From positions 1,178,001 to 1,242,000 of the forward strand of contig OZ176057.1 of assembly GCA_964247055.1 (NCBI GenBank): a stretch of DNA of 64,000 nt, given 5' to 3'. The notes under the pieces are model-generated. The model was not told where the DNA came from. It saw only the letters and a list, made by a program, of their open reading frames with translations, and searched no databases. The stretch is from Paragordius varius (Eukaryota > Animalia > Nematomorpha). A program made the translations under genes and the position numbers. Position 1 is the stretch's first letter. Every line of letters begins with the position of its first letter. Below, in pieces: positions 37,330 through 51,100 of this stretch.

Positions 37330-38700
37330 CTCATTTGAATTGTAATATTTTATGTCCGACGATTTATAGAATTCTTCTCTTTTAATGTTTATTGTCCGTT
37401 AGTCGGATATTTAGAGGTCCATTCTTTACACCAGTAATTAAAGGTTTGAAAATAAATCCATTGAGTAGCATATTCGTTTTTCGGACATAATGAAATGCCC
37501 AAATTTTATTGTAATTATTCGGCCATAGCAATTCTTCATTTGATTTCGGGAGTTCAATTATTATCGTCTATTAAAGTTACTAGATATGTGTAGTATTTTA
37601 TCATTTCAATATAGAGTGCACGTTGATAGTTACTGAAGCGTTGGCAATCGGATTGATTTCCAATTTTCGTTTTTGAGAGACTTATGTGTACACCACATTT
37701 TTCACACTAATGTTGCAGCATAAGCGATAATGATCTTGGGTTGTTTGCTAAGATAAACCTATCGTCAGCACAATGAATCGAAGTGAGATCATAACTACCG
37801 ACAGGCGTGCCGAACGTATTGGATAAATTTATCTATGCATTCAAAATAAGCATTTAACAGATAAAGCAATAAGATGCAGCCTTGGGGTAATCCCACATTT
37901 ACCATGTCTAAGATAGTTAACCATGATATCCAAACGTTGCAGTTTAACTTGAGCAGTGAAAATATGTGACTAGATACATTAAAAATTCTGTGCTGTTTTA
38001 ATGAAGTTAGCATTATGTGGGGTTGAATGCTTTGGAAACGTCTGCAAAGTACATATAATATTAAATTCTATATGCTTCTCTATTATCTATCTCATATTGG
38101 CTATCTTATCTTGACATCATCTCCTTTTTCAATCAGCCTAAGTAAATGACTATTTGGTTCTAAATTAGTTTGAAGGCGTTTTATTTTTCTAGAAGATTTT
38201 AAACATTTTATTTGATAAGATATTTACCTTTTTGTTACAATATCTCGGATTCTTTTTTTAACGTTAATATCAATATGGATTTGTCCCCAATAAGAAAAGT
38301 TTTCCTAGTTAAAAAATTTTCGGAATCAATCATGGTATATTGCCATATCTTAATGTTTCAGAGGGTATATCGTTGTGCCTCTCTGCTTTCTAAGCGTCGA
38401 TAATTTTACAGCCCAATACACTTTTTCTTTTAACAATGGTAGATCTTTTACTCGGTTATTTTCATGGTTTTTTGTTTTGTTAGGTTAGATATATGAATAT
38501 GCCAATGTAGAAGTTCGGCCTGATCCGTGACAACCAAATTGTTAGCGCTTTCTCATGGTACCTTTGTAAGCATACTATTTTTTTGATCTTTTTTGCTTGG
38601 GGAAAGAAATTTAAATTAATTTTGGATCCGTATCGAGCCTCTCACACAATTGATTATAATGATGCTTTTATCCATCCTTAGGCTGTTGTCAAAATGGCTG
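37330..38700 (-). mobile_element. Older RTE-type LINE relic
   Basis: Fragments: LPLLKEKVYWAVK..DIPSETLR, IEKHIEFN..ADVSKAF, VGLPQGCILLLYLLNAY, SIHCADD, TPEIK*RIAMA; many stops and frameshifts. Confidence 0.7.
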
Positions 38701-40047
38701 TTTAAAATTTATTTAAACAAATTTTCTTTGACTTTTAATATGCGTTTTTCCGCTTAAAAGCTAAATACCTTTTTTTTAATAAATAAAGTTATATCATCTG
38801 TATTTAGAATGCAAATTAAGGTATAAATTTAATTTCATAGACGTAGGGTAAAAAAGTAACAAGTTTTTGGAATCCAAATTTAAGTTTAAACAAATGTTAA
38901 GCATGTCCTAAAATTTATAAAACAAGTGTATTTGAATTTCAAAATATAAAATGAATGAGCATTTGAGAAGAAAAGTTTGCATTTTTTTGAAATTTTTTTG
39001 TATGTGATGCTTGTGTAGCGCAACCTCAAGATTTTGCCTTTTTTTAAAAACTGAATAATTAGAAAATTGTGACTTTTAAACTTTATTATCTCTTGTTTTG
39101 CTTTCCAAATATAGTTTATGATATTTTTTTTAAGATGAAAGTATTTAGCTTCTACCAAATTATTCAAGATATGATATATCTAATTTTAATTTAACAATTG
39201 ACACAAAAGTATAAGTAACTTTTTTAAATCACGGGTTAGGCCTACAATTATAACAGCTATGATGATCCTAATACACTTTTCTTTAATATATATTATTGGA
39301 TCAGGATATTTTTATAGCCCCCAATTTTGTGCACTGTATGTTTAGTAGCTTTTTAGACGATTTGAATATCTATATAAAAAAAGGATATATTGATAAAATA
39401 CCTATATTTATTTTCAATATATGAAGTGGTATATATTATAATTTAGTAATTATGTATCTAATGGTAAAATTTATATAAAGATGAAATAAAATAAAAAGAT
39501 TCTTTTCAGGTTATGCCAAGATCCTCAAAATGAAAAAGGTGAAATATTTAAATCGCCATGACATTACAAATCTAAAGAGTTTAAAGAGAATGTTTGCTCA
39601 CTAAAAAACTATAGATTTTCGCACATTGTGAAATTTTTTATCGCGTATTCTTGGCACTACACTTTTGTGATTATAAGATAATTAGCCGATTTTAGAAGAG
39701 CGAAAATTTTGGGACTTTCGTAGTCCATATTTTTTACAATCTTTTTAAGTGTTAGTATACCGTTTCCATCATGCCTTAAAATAGGATGAAGTACGCTTTA
39801 ATAAAATTTTAAAATTTGATTTTTGAAAAAGTACGCATTTAAAAATATTTGTTAAAATCAAAATTTGCATAAATTTTTCTATCGCTTAATCTCTGTAATC
39901 TTTCAGGAAATTAGGCCATTTTAGAGGAACAAAAAAATGTAGTTTAAGATATATTTTTGTGATATTTTTAAAATAAACCATTCAGCTTTCATCAAGCGCC
40001 ATTTCGGCCATTGTGATAGGTAATAATTATAATTAACAAGAAAAGGG

Positions 40048-40240
40048 TGTAGTGTCGGAAAGTCGTCGGCCACCTGCCGTGAAGGCAATCTTTATCCACC
40101 AGTAACGCATGGAGCTTCAGAGCGAGGAGTCATAATGTGAAGTTGGGTTTGATGTTAGTATCGACGTACATAAATAAATGCCTTTATGTTAGGTGTGTTA
40201 ATAGAAGTTAGTATAGTTAAGAAGCCATATTATAATAACA
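40048..40240 (+). mobile_element. Possible solo LTR (weak)
   Basis: GC-richer 193-bp island bounded by TGT...ACA with AATAAA at 40173. The flanks (AAGGG and GTAAT) do not form a TSD. Confidence 0.25.
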
Positions 40241-40698
40241 GTAATCTTAATTTAGTCGTATTTAGGATAAAATATTAATTTTAAATAACCGTACAAACAG
40301 CATTATGGTCCTTATACAAGTAATGTCAAAGGTCTATGTCGATCTTAATGTAGAGTTTCTTTAAGATCCTATCTTTGATAGAAAAGGGGTTTTATTTACT
40401 TAATGAGTGTGGTGTGAAACAATTTTGGATATATGGCATCACAAATGTCGACGTTACCCCTTAGACCGATCATGTTACAGTTGTACCTTCAACTTGGACG
40501 CTAACCCGCGGCTTCGACATCATCTCAGGATTTTAAGTAGTCCCATCAGAGTGGAGTCTACTATGCCTTGAGTTTGCATTAGCCAATTAGATATTGCTCG
40601 TGACATGCCGAGGGCTATACTGATATCATGGTATATGCCGCAGATATCTACCAAAAGTGAAATTTGTCTCACTTCACAAAAACACATGTCAAGCTAAA

Positions 40699-43600
40699 AT
40701 GTCGTTTATATATTACAAATTTAAAAGTAACATTGAGTACGATACAGTAAAATTCGATGGATTGCATATATCTTTGGAGGAATTACGAGAACAAATACTT
40801 ACTCAGAAAAAAATGACTAAATCTACTGGCTTTACTCTTCAAATCGTAAATTCTCAAACTAAAGAAGGTAACTAATCACTTAATATTTTGATTTTAAAAC
40901 CCCCATTATAAAATTTTAATCAATTTTTTCTTATAGAATACAAAGATAAGATGTTAATTCCAAAAAATACATCAGTAATTATAACTCGTGTACCTTTAAC
41001 TGTTCAACAACAAAAGAAACTTGAGAAATTATCCGCACCAAAAATTGTCCTTTCTTCCACAAACAATTCACTAAATGCAGAGGTAACTTTCTAAAATGTG
41101 ATTTATATTTTGGGAATCGTTTTCGAAATACTTTGATAAAATTTTAAATTATTTGTTATGGTATTGTTTCACCTTAGAGCATTTTCTTAAAGTTAATCTA
41201 CATTACTTTTACACGCCATATTAAAATATAAAACAATTATATTAAAATAAATTTAAGGTTTGATATCATTTTCCAATTAGTTTTAATATACTAACTCATT
41301 GAGTAGCTGTTACGGCTACCAATATTTTTGACTTTAGACTCTGATAAAATCTTTAATTATATTATACCAATTACAATTCAAATCCGCCCTTAAACTATTT
41401 AAATTACTATAAAAATAAATTGTGTTTTTGGGCTATCATCATGAATAATATATTCTTTTGGCATAGTTTATTTTTATATTTGATTAATTTTAAACGAAAT
41501 TTCATTTTTTAAAAACATAAAAAAATATAGGTAATGTTTAACCTTGAATAACACATATTTTTTTAGGGTGAATTCGAATTGTTTTAGGGAGAATTTGAAC
41601 TGTAAATGGTATATTTTGTCAAACACAACCATAATAGTTTTGATATTAAGATTGGAAGCTTTTGAACAACTTTTCCCAATATTATTAAAATACAGTAAAA
41701 GCTTTATAAATTATGATGTATTTTCTTACGGGCTTTTATAGGTGCATTGTACATAATATTTTTTAAATAGGTATTTTTTTAATTAAGACAAATCACCTAA
41801 GGAATGAAAAAAATGGTTAAAATAACACTATTTCCTATAACCACTTTATAAAATAAGTTCATAAATGATTTTTTTTTCCATGTCATTTTTCCATTTAAAT
41901 TTTCCAGAATGTTCTGAAAAAACCGTTAAATACGGCGGCATTCATCAAAGACTATTACTCAATCGCACAAAGTTCAAATTTAGAAAAATTAGATGTGACC
42001 AATGAACAGGAAAGAATTAAGGCTATGATGCAACAGGCTACTCAAGATTTCGATCCGAACACGTAAGGAGTTTAGAATTATAGAAAATATTTTTGATTAA
42101 AATTTTATTTAAAATAGTTTTTGAATAGTTTGCAATTTCAAATGGGCAGTTTTTAGTAAAACTTTTAGAAAAACTTTATTTAGAATGCTAGTTTGAAAAA
42201 GTTTATGAAATTTTGACCCAAATAGTTAAAAAAATTGAAGATTTACTTTTGTATTAAATATAATAATTTTTTTTTATTACTCAGTTATCATAATCTAAAA
42301 TTTCGTATGGCACCACCAGCTGGTTACATTTGTTATAGATGTCACATACCTGGCCATTGGATTCAATATTGTCCAAATTCGGTAATTAAATTATAAAATT
42401 ATCTATATTTTTATAATTTTTATAGATGTATTAATTTATTAATATGTTAATTTTATTATGATTTTTTTATTAAAGTTTATATTATATAATAGTTGGTATT
42501 TTTTTAATTTTTAATGTATTTTCAGAGAATATTGAACATACCCATAATTTTGGCGCCGAAACCGTATTAAACTATAATTTTTGAGAATTTTTAAAAATAA
42601 CACATTTTTTACTTGTTCTTTTAGATTTTTTTTATATCAACAAACCTATTTATTTTTTAAAATGGTTTAATTTAATATTTGAGGGACATACTAAGAACTA
42701 TTAGAAACATTCAACTCTAAATTATAAATAAAACGAGAACTTATTAATATTAAATTTTTTAATTTAATGCTTATAAAGTACATTCTAGCAATATTGGCGC
42801 TGAGAACCGCATAAACCTTAAAAAAAATCAGATTTTTTACTTCTTTTAAAATTTTTATAAAATAAATATAAATTATATTTTAATTTATGGAATATACTAG
42901 CAATATTGGTGCGGAAAATAGTACAAAAAATTTTTTCAATTCCAATTATATTTGTTAATTTAAATTTCTCCACTTTGTAAAATCTTTTAATTCTCAATGA
43001 ACATTCTAGCAATATTGGTGTGAATAGTATAGGGATTTTGCAAAAAAATAAAAACCTTTTTAATCCAATTATATTTGTTAACTTAAAGTTTTCCCACTTT
43101 GTAAAATCTTTTAATTTTTAATGAACATTCTAGCAATTTTGGTGTCGAAAATAGTTCAGGGATTTTGCAAAAAAATAAAAACCTTTTCAATCCAATTATA
43201 TTTGTTAACTTAAAGTTTTCCCACTTTGTAAAATCTTTTAATTTTTAATGAACATTCTAGCAATATTGGTGTGAATATTTCATTTAAAATTTTCAAATCT
43301 TTTAATTCTTAAGGAACATTCTTGTAATTTTGGTGTGGAAAATAAATAGTTCAGTGATTTTAGAAAAAATTTCAATTATATTTGTTAATTTAAAATTTCT
43401 CCATTTTTTAATATCTTTTAATTCTCAAGGAACATTCTAGCAATATTGGTGTTGAAAACCGAATCAAAAGGAGTACAGGAATTCCAAAAAGTTTTATGAC
43501 AGCTGTTGTCGGGCCTGAAGTCAAGGGTGCCCTCTTAACTAATGATGGTCAGTTTGCCATACCCTGGATTGAACAGTTACTATAAAATTTAGTTTTTAGA

Positions 43601-44256
43601 CAATTTAAGTTTAATTTTTATTTTTTAGAATTTCTAAATGTAGTATAAATAAATAAATAACCTAATAATTGTTTCATGGAAGTTTAGTTGTAATCTGGAT
43701 ATAACAATTATTTTAAAAAATAATTTTGAAATTTATATTATATTATATAATTTATTTTTTGGTTTTGAAACAATATTATATTTGAATGAAAAAGAGTTTT
43801 TTGTGGTTCCAATAAAATGACAAAAAATTAACCTTTAAAATTAAATAATTTTAAAAACTTTAGTAATTTATCTAAAAAAGCTTATATTTCAAAAAGCATT
43901 AATAGATTATTTAGATGAATTTTTTATTTATTTATAAATTAATATTGTAATTTATTTTTAACCTTTATTAGACAAGCTTATAGCCAAAAAAAGATTGAAC
44001 CAATTCCATTTTTACCACCCCAGTCAGCTGTGAATACACCTGTTTCCCAATCCCTTATTCAAGATCACCTGATTTCTTTAGAGTATATATAATATAAAAA
44101 TATTTTTTAATTATTTTATTGTGATTTTAATTTTCTATTTTACAATACTTTTATGATTTTTTTTTGCAATATAAGATTATACATTTATAATTTTTTAAAC
44201 TAATTAAATTTTTTTATTGTAAAAAATCTATATGTATAATTTTCGAAAATTTATGG

Positions 44257-44294
<38 letters not shown>

Positions 44295-45705
44295 TAATTT
44301 TTATTAAATTAATTTATATAATTCACCCTAAAAATAATTTATGTGTTTCGGGCTAATATACCATTTGCACTTCAAGAGTGTCCTTAAACAATTCAAGTTG
44401 GTCCTAAACATTTCAAGTTGGTCCTTTGACATTTTTGTTTTGTTTTTAACTTTTATCAATCAAATCGTAAATAATTCATCTCTTTTATTGTTTTAATCTA
44501 TTTTCTATTATTTAACACAAATTTTCAATCGATATTAACTTTTAATCTTTGAGAAACCGTATATCTTTATTAATTTTTTATAATAATTTTGGATATTTAT
44601 CAGATTTTAACACGAAATGAAATTATATAAGTTTTCTGGGTTATTAATTAAAATTTTTCAACGAAAAAGTGGTTTTTCAATAAAATTTTTTATTTTTAAA
44701 TGAATAAATATATAATAAATAAAATAAATTAGGTTTATAAATAATAAAATAAAAAAATAAATGCAAAAATTATGGTTAAATCAAAATTTATAATTTTTAA
44801 GGATCAACTTGAAGTGTTCAAGGACCAACCTGAAATGTTCAAAAACCAACTTGAAGTGTTTAAGAACACTATTGAAGTGCAAATATAACTCATAATTAAT
44901 ATGTAATATATCTCTAATCTTAAAAACACATAATTTATTTTTTAGGGTTATTTTGATTGTTCAAGGGTGAATTTGAAATGCTCGAGGGTGAATTTGAAAT
45001 GTTCGAGTGTCAATTTGAATTGTAAATGGTATATATATTTTGGACACCGTATTTATGTAAATATTAATTACTAATAAAAATTTGGTAATAAAATTAATAT
45101 TTAATTTACCATATATTTATTAATTTTGTTTATAATTTTCAAGAAAAACTGGAAACGGTATTCCAAAACCTGATAAATCTTTCGCTTGTATAATTTGTGG
45201 ACGTTCTGTCATGATAAATCCCACTATTGTCCCTTGTTGTGGACAAAATTATTGTTTAAATTGTAATTTATTTTAATTTAATATTTTGAAAATATTAGTA
45301 GAGTTTATATGTTTAAATTTTTTATTAATTTTGATGTAAAAATTAATTAGATTTTTTTCTTAAATTTTGATGTAAAAATTAATTAAATTTTTTTCTTAAT
45401 TGAATAAGAGGGGAGGGGGAATTATAATTAAATAATTCGGAATTTTAAGAAATTAAAGAAAGAAAGAATTAATAATATATCTTAAAATTATATATAACAT
45501 TTTTAAGAAAATTACAAAAGTGCAGTTTATTTTTACATTTATAATTGTTTTGTTTGTTGAAAAAAACTAAATACTATTTTTTAATAAACTTGCCTATTTT
45601 TCCAAGAATTTAAGCGTAATATTTGTCTGTTAAATATAATTAGCTACAAATATTTTATTTGCATTTTTATAATTTTTTGGACATAATAAAGCTATTTCAA
45701 GAGTA

Positions 45706-45742
<37 letters not shown>

Positions 45743-48099
45743 TTTCACCCTTAAACAATTCAAATTCACCCTAAAAATATTTTATGTGTTTTAGGGCAGC
45801 TAATATAACTCATCATTAATATAAAATATATCTTTATGGGGCGTAGTTTATTATTTTTTTCAGTATTACGTTAATTTTAAACAAAATTAAATTTTTGAAC
45901 AATATAAAAAAATATAGGTATTTTTTATTTTAAAAGCACACATAATTTATTTTTTTGATAAAATTTTTAGGTGTCTAAAAAAGTTTGTTTTATATATGTA
46001 AAATAAATTATAATTCCAAATATATTATTTATTTCCATTTCAGAACATCATGGTTTTTTTTGAAAATTTTAAAAATTATTTATTTTATTTTTTGTAAAAA
46101 AAATTTTTTTCCCCCAGGTATCTCACCCTTGTTTTACATAAATAAAATATAATTTCAAAAATATATTTTTTCCATTTTAGACCATCATAGTTTTTTTTGA
46201 TAATTCCAAAAAATTATTTATTTTATTTTTTGTAAAAAAAAAATTTTCCCCAGGTATTTCACTCTTGTTTTACATATGAAAAATATATTTCCAAAAATTT
46301 ATTTTTTTTTAAAAACATAGTTTTTTAAAAATTATTTATTTTTTGTAAAAAAAATTAATTTTTTTTTTCTAAATAGGTATCTCAAAAGCTCTGTTAGAAA
46401 ATGAGGATAGAGTTTGCCCAGCTTGTCATGAGAGTGAAGTCAATGTTAAATCCCTTATTCCGAATCCTAAGTTAGCTCATGCCATTGATGCCTACAATGA
46501 AAAACTTTGTAAAGAATATACTAATTTGACCAACAAGTAAGTTTTTTTTGGGGGTGTTTTTTTTTCAAAAGGTAAAAGTTATTACTAAGTTTTAGTTTCA
46601 ATTTTAAGAATTATTTTGCTATTAAAATAAAAAAAAAGTTAAATAATTATATTAATTTCATAGTTGTTGAATATGTTTAATATAAAAAACGGCAATTTTT
46701 TCGCAAAATAAGATTTTCCTTAGTCAATGAATTAATGGTAATTTTATTGGAGATTTTTTAAATTTTTGCAATTTTTTTAATTTTTGTAATTGCTAAAAAG
46801 CGCTTAGTTATGCGTAAAAGTAACTTTTTAAGCATTTTTAAAATTGCCAGTATCGTTTAGAGCTCTTAATATTATAGAGATTTACAGTAAAAACTCAAAT
46901 TATATGGACAAAACGTAAAAATATAAAGACATCCATACTTTTTAATTCTTTATTTTTTTTCATATAACTCATTGTTTAATATGGCAAAGTGTGGAATAGA
47001 GATATATATATATTACAAGCACAACCAATTCTGTGTCTTACGATTGTAAATAAATAGCTTATGTAGGAATAATTAAGGATTTAAAAAGTATGGTTATCTT
47101 TTAGATAAAATTATTGTCTTTTTATATTTTAAATTTTGTCCGTATAATTTTATTAATTACTGTAAGATTAATTTAAATTTTATAAATATGTATTAATTTT
47201 TATTTGCTACAAAACCATATTGGTATAAAAAAGCATAACCTTAAATAACTAAACAAAATTAATGAAATATTATAATTAGGAGTAATATTGGTATGATTGC
47301 AACCATTAGTTGTTTTTTATCATATACTACTGTATGTACACTTATAAATTATATTTTTTGCTTTTTTTTATTTTTTCATAATAATTTTATTATATTATTG
47401 TTAGGTCTCAAGAGCTGTTGGGTTTACTTTCACCCCAAAAACCAAAAAAGGTAAATATTAGCAATTTAAATATATATAAATATTAATATTAAAATAATTT
47501 AAATTGTTAGTTAAATAATTTTTTAAAATAATAAAATTAAAAGGCTAATATTTTTTTTAAAAACGAACAACCCATCTTTTTTTTTCAAAAATACTTATAA
47601 TTACATATAACAAGAATATTTATAGTTATTATTTTTTATTAATGTGAAATAATTAAAGAAAAGATTTAAGGTAGTATAATTCTTTTTATGATAAATAAAT
47701 ATTTGTATCATGGTTTTGCTATTGCAATTTGTCGACATTTTATAAATTTTTATAAAATTTACGAAAATTATTCGCTTTATTAATTTTTTGTTGTTTTAAA
47801 TACATTATTTTAATATACCATTTACCCTTCAAAATCGTCCATGAACAATTCAAATTTACCTTAAAATAAATATGTGTTTTTTTAAGATTAAAAATTACCT
47901 GCCTGTATTTTTATATATTTTTTGAAGATGAAATTTTTGTTTTTTAAAATTAAATAAAATTATACCGAAAAATAAATAAACTAACTAAGCCACAAAGATA
48001 TATTTTATATTAATAATAAGTTATATTAGTTGCCCGAAAACGCAAAATTTATTTTTAGGGTGAATTTGAATTGTTTAAGAGCAAATTTGAATTGTAAAT

Positions 48100-48157
<58 letters not shown>

Positions 48158-51100
48158 AATCTAAATAATTTTTTTTATAATTTTTCAATTTTTTCAATTC
48201 GAAATTTATATAATAGGTCCCTCTATTACCAGCCCCTATTGGTAATGTATCTCAACAACCGATTGAAAGTTCGACTCATCACAATATCGTTTTACCAAAT
48301 TTTTATCCCACGAGTATGTATTTATTTTAATTTTATATTTATAAGAAAAATATAAAAAAAAATTTTTTTTATACCTAAAATAATTGTTACCTTTTTTATC
48401 CAAAATTATTAGTTTTTTTAAAAAAATTACGTAAATACTATAAGGCAAATATTATTTAAACATTGCTAGCTAGTTATATTTTATTAAAAATTGATTTACA
48501 TTTTTTCACAAAAATTATATAATTACGAATGTGAAATATATATATGATATGTACCAACATATGTCCAAAAAAAGTGTTTAAAACAAATATGGTTTATGTT
48601 ATTATTGAAATTATAATTCAGCTAAAATTAACTGAATTTATTGGGTGACTTTTCGATTACTACTAGTAATCTTTGTCAAACGTAAAAATTAAAATATAAA
48701 TAATATAAACTAAAATTTTTTATTAAATAAAAAATTAATTGGTGTATTATGGTTTTTAGTTATAATTTTATTTTTTAAATTTTATATTTTTATATTTTTT
48801 ATTTTTTTAGTTCCACCAAATTATCTAATATCTTACCCGACCAATAACTTATCAGCACCAGCTCCTACTTCTCTTTTAATGCCTGTCATACCTGGGTATA
48901 TATATATATATATATATTTATATTTTTTTTATAAATTTTTACAAAAAAAATAGTATTAGTTTATAAATAAATAAATTAATTAATATTTATTCTATTAATT
49001 TGGTTAATATTTTGGATTTTAGTTAGTATAATGTTTAAAATTTGGATCATGTATATTAATATCGAAAATGTTTTATCGAATATTATTAAATTGAAAAAAA
49101 AACAGTTTTCTAATGTATTCAATATTTAAGCGGTCAACAACAAAATTTTACTATATATATATAAATTTTTTTAATAAAACTTTGATTTTTTACCCTACCT
49201 TTTTTGTTTTCAAATAATTAACTTGAAAAAATTTATAGAGTCCCTTATGAATCAAAACTAACGAATTATTCGATAAAACCTCAAACAATCATGTCTACGT
49301 TTGATGGCCCTATGCAAAAACCGCCTATCGAAAATTTGACTATATATGAAAACAGCGCTTTGAATGATAAATCACCAAAAACTAATTTTAGCCACAATAT
49401 TAATCTTTCTTCCGCTTTTTCCAATGGTAAATTAATTTACCCTTTTTTAAAAACAATTAAATAAGAATAATGATAGTGAAAATTTGATATTCACTTATAA
49501 ATATTTGCAATAAAAAATGGTCTTACACTATTGTAATAACGTTCTATAAAAAAATTTACTTTAAAACAGAATTAACATTTTACCACTATTTTGCATTATT
49601 GATACGAATTAAAGTAAGTTAATAGTGTACACTCCCCTTATAATGAGTCCTTAACTCACTCATAACATTAACCTTTGACTTTATTTAGTTTTAATCGTTC
49701 AAAGATTAGACCTTCTTAGAAAAACCTACTATTACGATAAGAGTTTATGGCATTATCCAAAATCATTAAATTTAATCAATTTTTCTTAATTTTTTTACCA
49801 AAATTAAAGGTAAATATTTTTAATCAAATAATTTAATTTCATATTATTTTAAAGAAACGGTTTCCCCATGCGGTCATTATGGAAATATAAAATATTTGAT
49901 TTTTGGTAAAAAACAATTTTTTGTATGTTTGATTATAAATTCTAAAAAAGAATAATATATCCACAAATATCATATTATATATTTAAAAGCCTTGTGTTTA
50001 CAAAAAATATAACATACAAAGTTATGTAAAATACCGACTTTTTGGCACAATATTTATTTAGATTTTTCGATATCTCTAGGATTTTACCGAATTTGAACAT
50101 ATATAAGAAATGATTATCTTTTATATCGATATTTTGATTTGAAAATGTTTGCGCAATATCGCGGTATCTAGATAAAATTTTAAAGATTCAAAGATATATG
50201 CCTCTTTAAAATATTTTATTATTTCATTTGTGGAATATACATTGTATTATTAACTTCACAAATATACGTTTCCTGTATATAACTTTATATAATTGCAAGA
50301 ATTTAAATTATACGGACAAATTGGAAAAATCAATAGACAATTTTTTTACATATTATGAATAGCTAATTATAGTTTTTTAAGATTTTTTTTTCATAACCTA
50401 TATCAGGAATAAATAAAGTAGATAAATCTAATCATTCAAGTTATATAGAAAAAATTAAGCTCTAAAAAAGTATGATGTGTTTGTCGTCTTTATATTAAAA
50501 ATGCCTGTTGTTTTGTTGTAATTTGAAGTTCACAAATAATAAATTTTGATGGTAAAAGTATCGTAAAATATATTAAACACTATGTGAACTTAATACAATC
50601 CGTTTTTTAAGCAGTTTAATTTTAGAAAAATATTTATCTTTTTTAAATCTAAATATTATTATTATCCTATATTTATAATATATATATATATATATATATA
50701 TGTCATATAGAAAAAGCCGCTGGTAATATAAAATTACAAACAACTCAAAATTTAGACGAAAAATCATTGGACATGAAAATTCAAATTACGAACACGAAAA
50801 ATAAATTAGAATCTAAACAGGATGATAATGCAATAGCACTACAAAAGATAGAAAAGGATCATAAGCATTATAACGAAAGGTTTGTAAAAATTAGTTTTTT
50901 ACATTTATTTTTAATTAATTAATTTATTTGAAATTAGTATTTATATGCTATGCAATGCAATATACCATTTAATTATCGATGCCTATACATAATATGCACA
51001 TTGAAACAATATCTCATCTATTAGTTAAAAATTATTTTTATTTATTATATAAATTTTTAATTCCAATTCCCTTTATTGCCCAAATAAACTAATTAATATG

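Noticed and set aside
40056-40070. CGGAAAGTC resembling RNase P/MRP conserved region I
   Set aside because: No downstream P4 partner (GACGAC-like with a CR-V context) was found.
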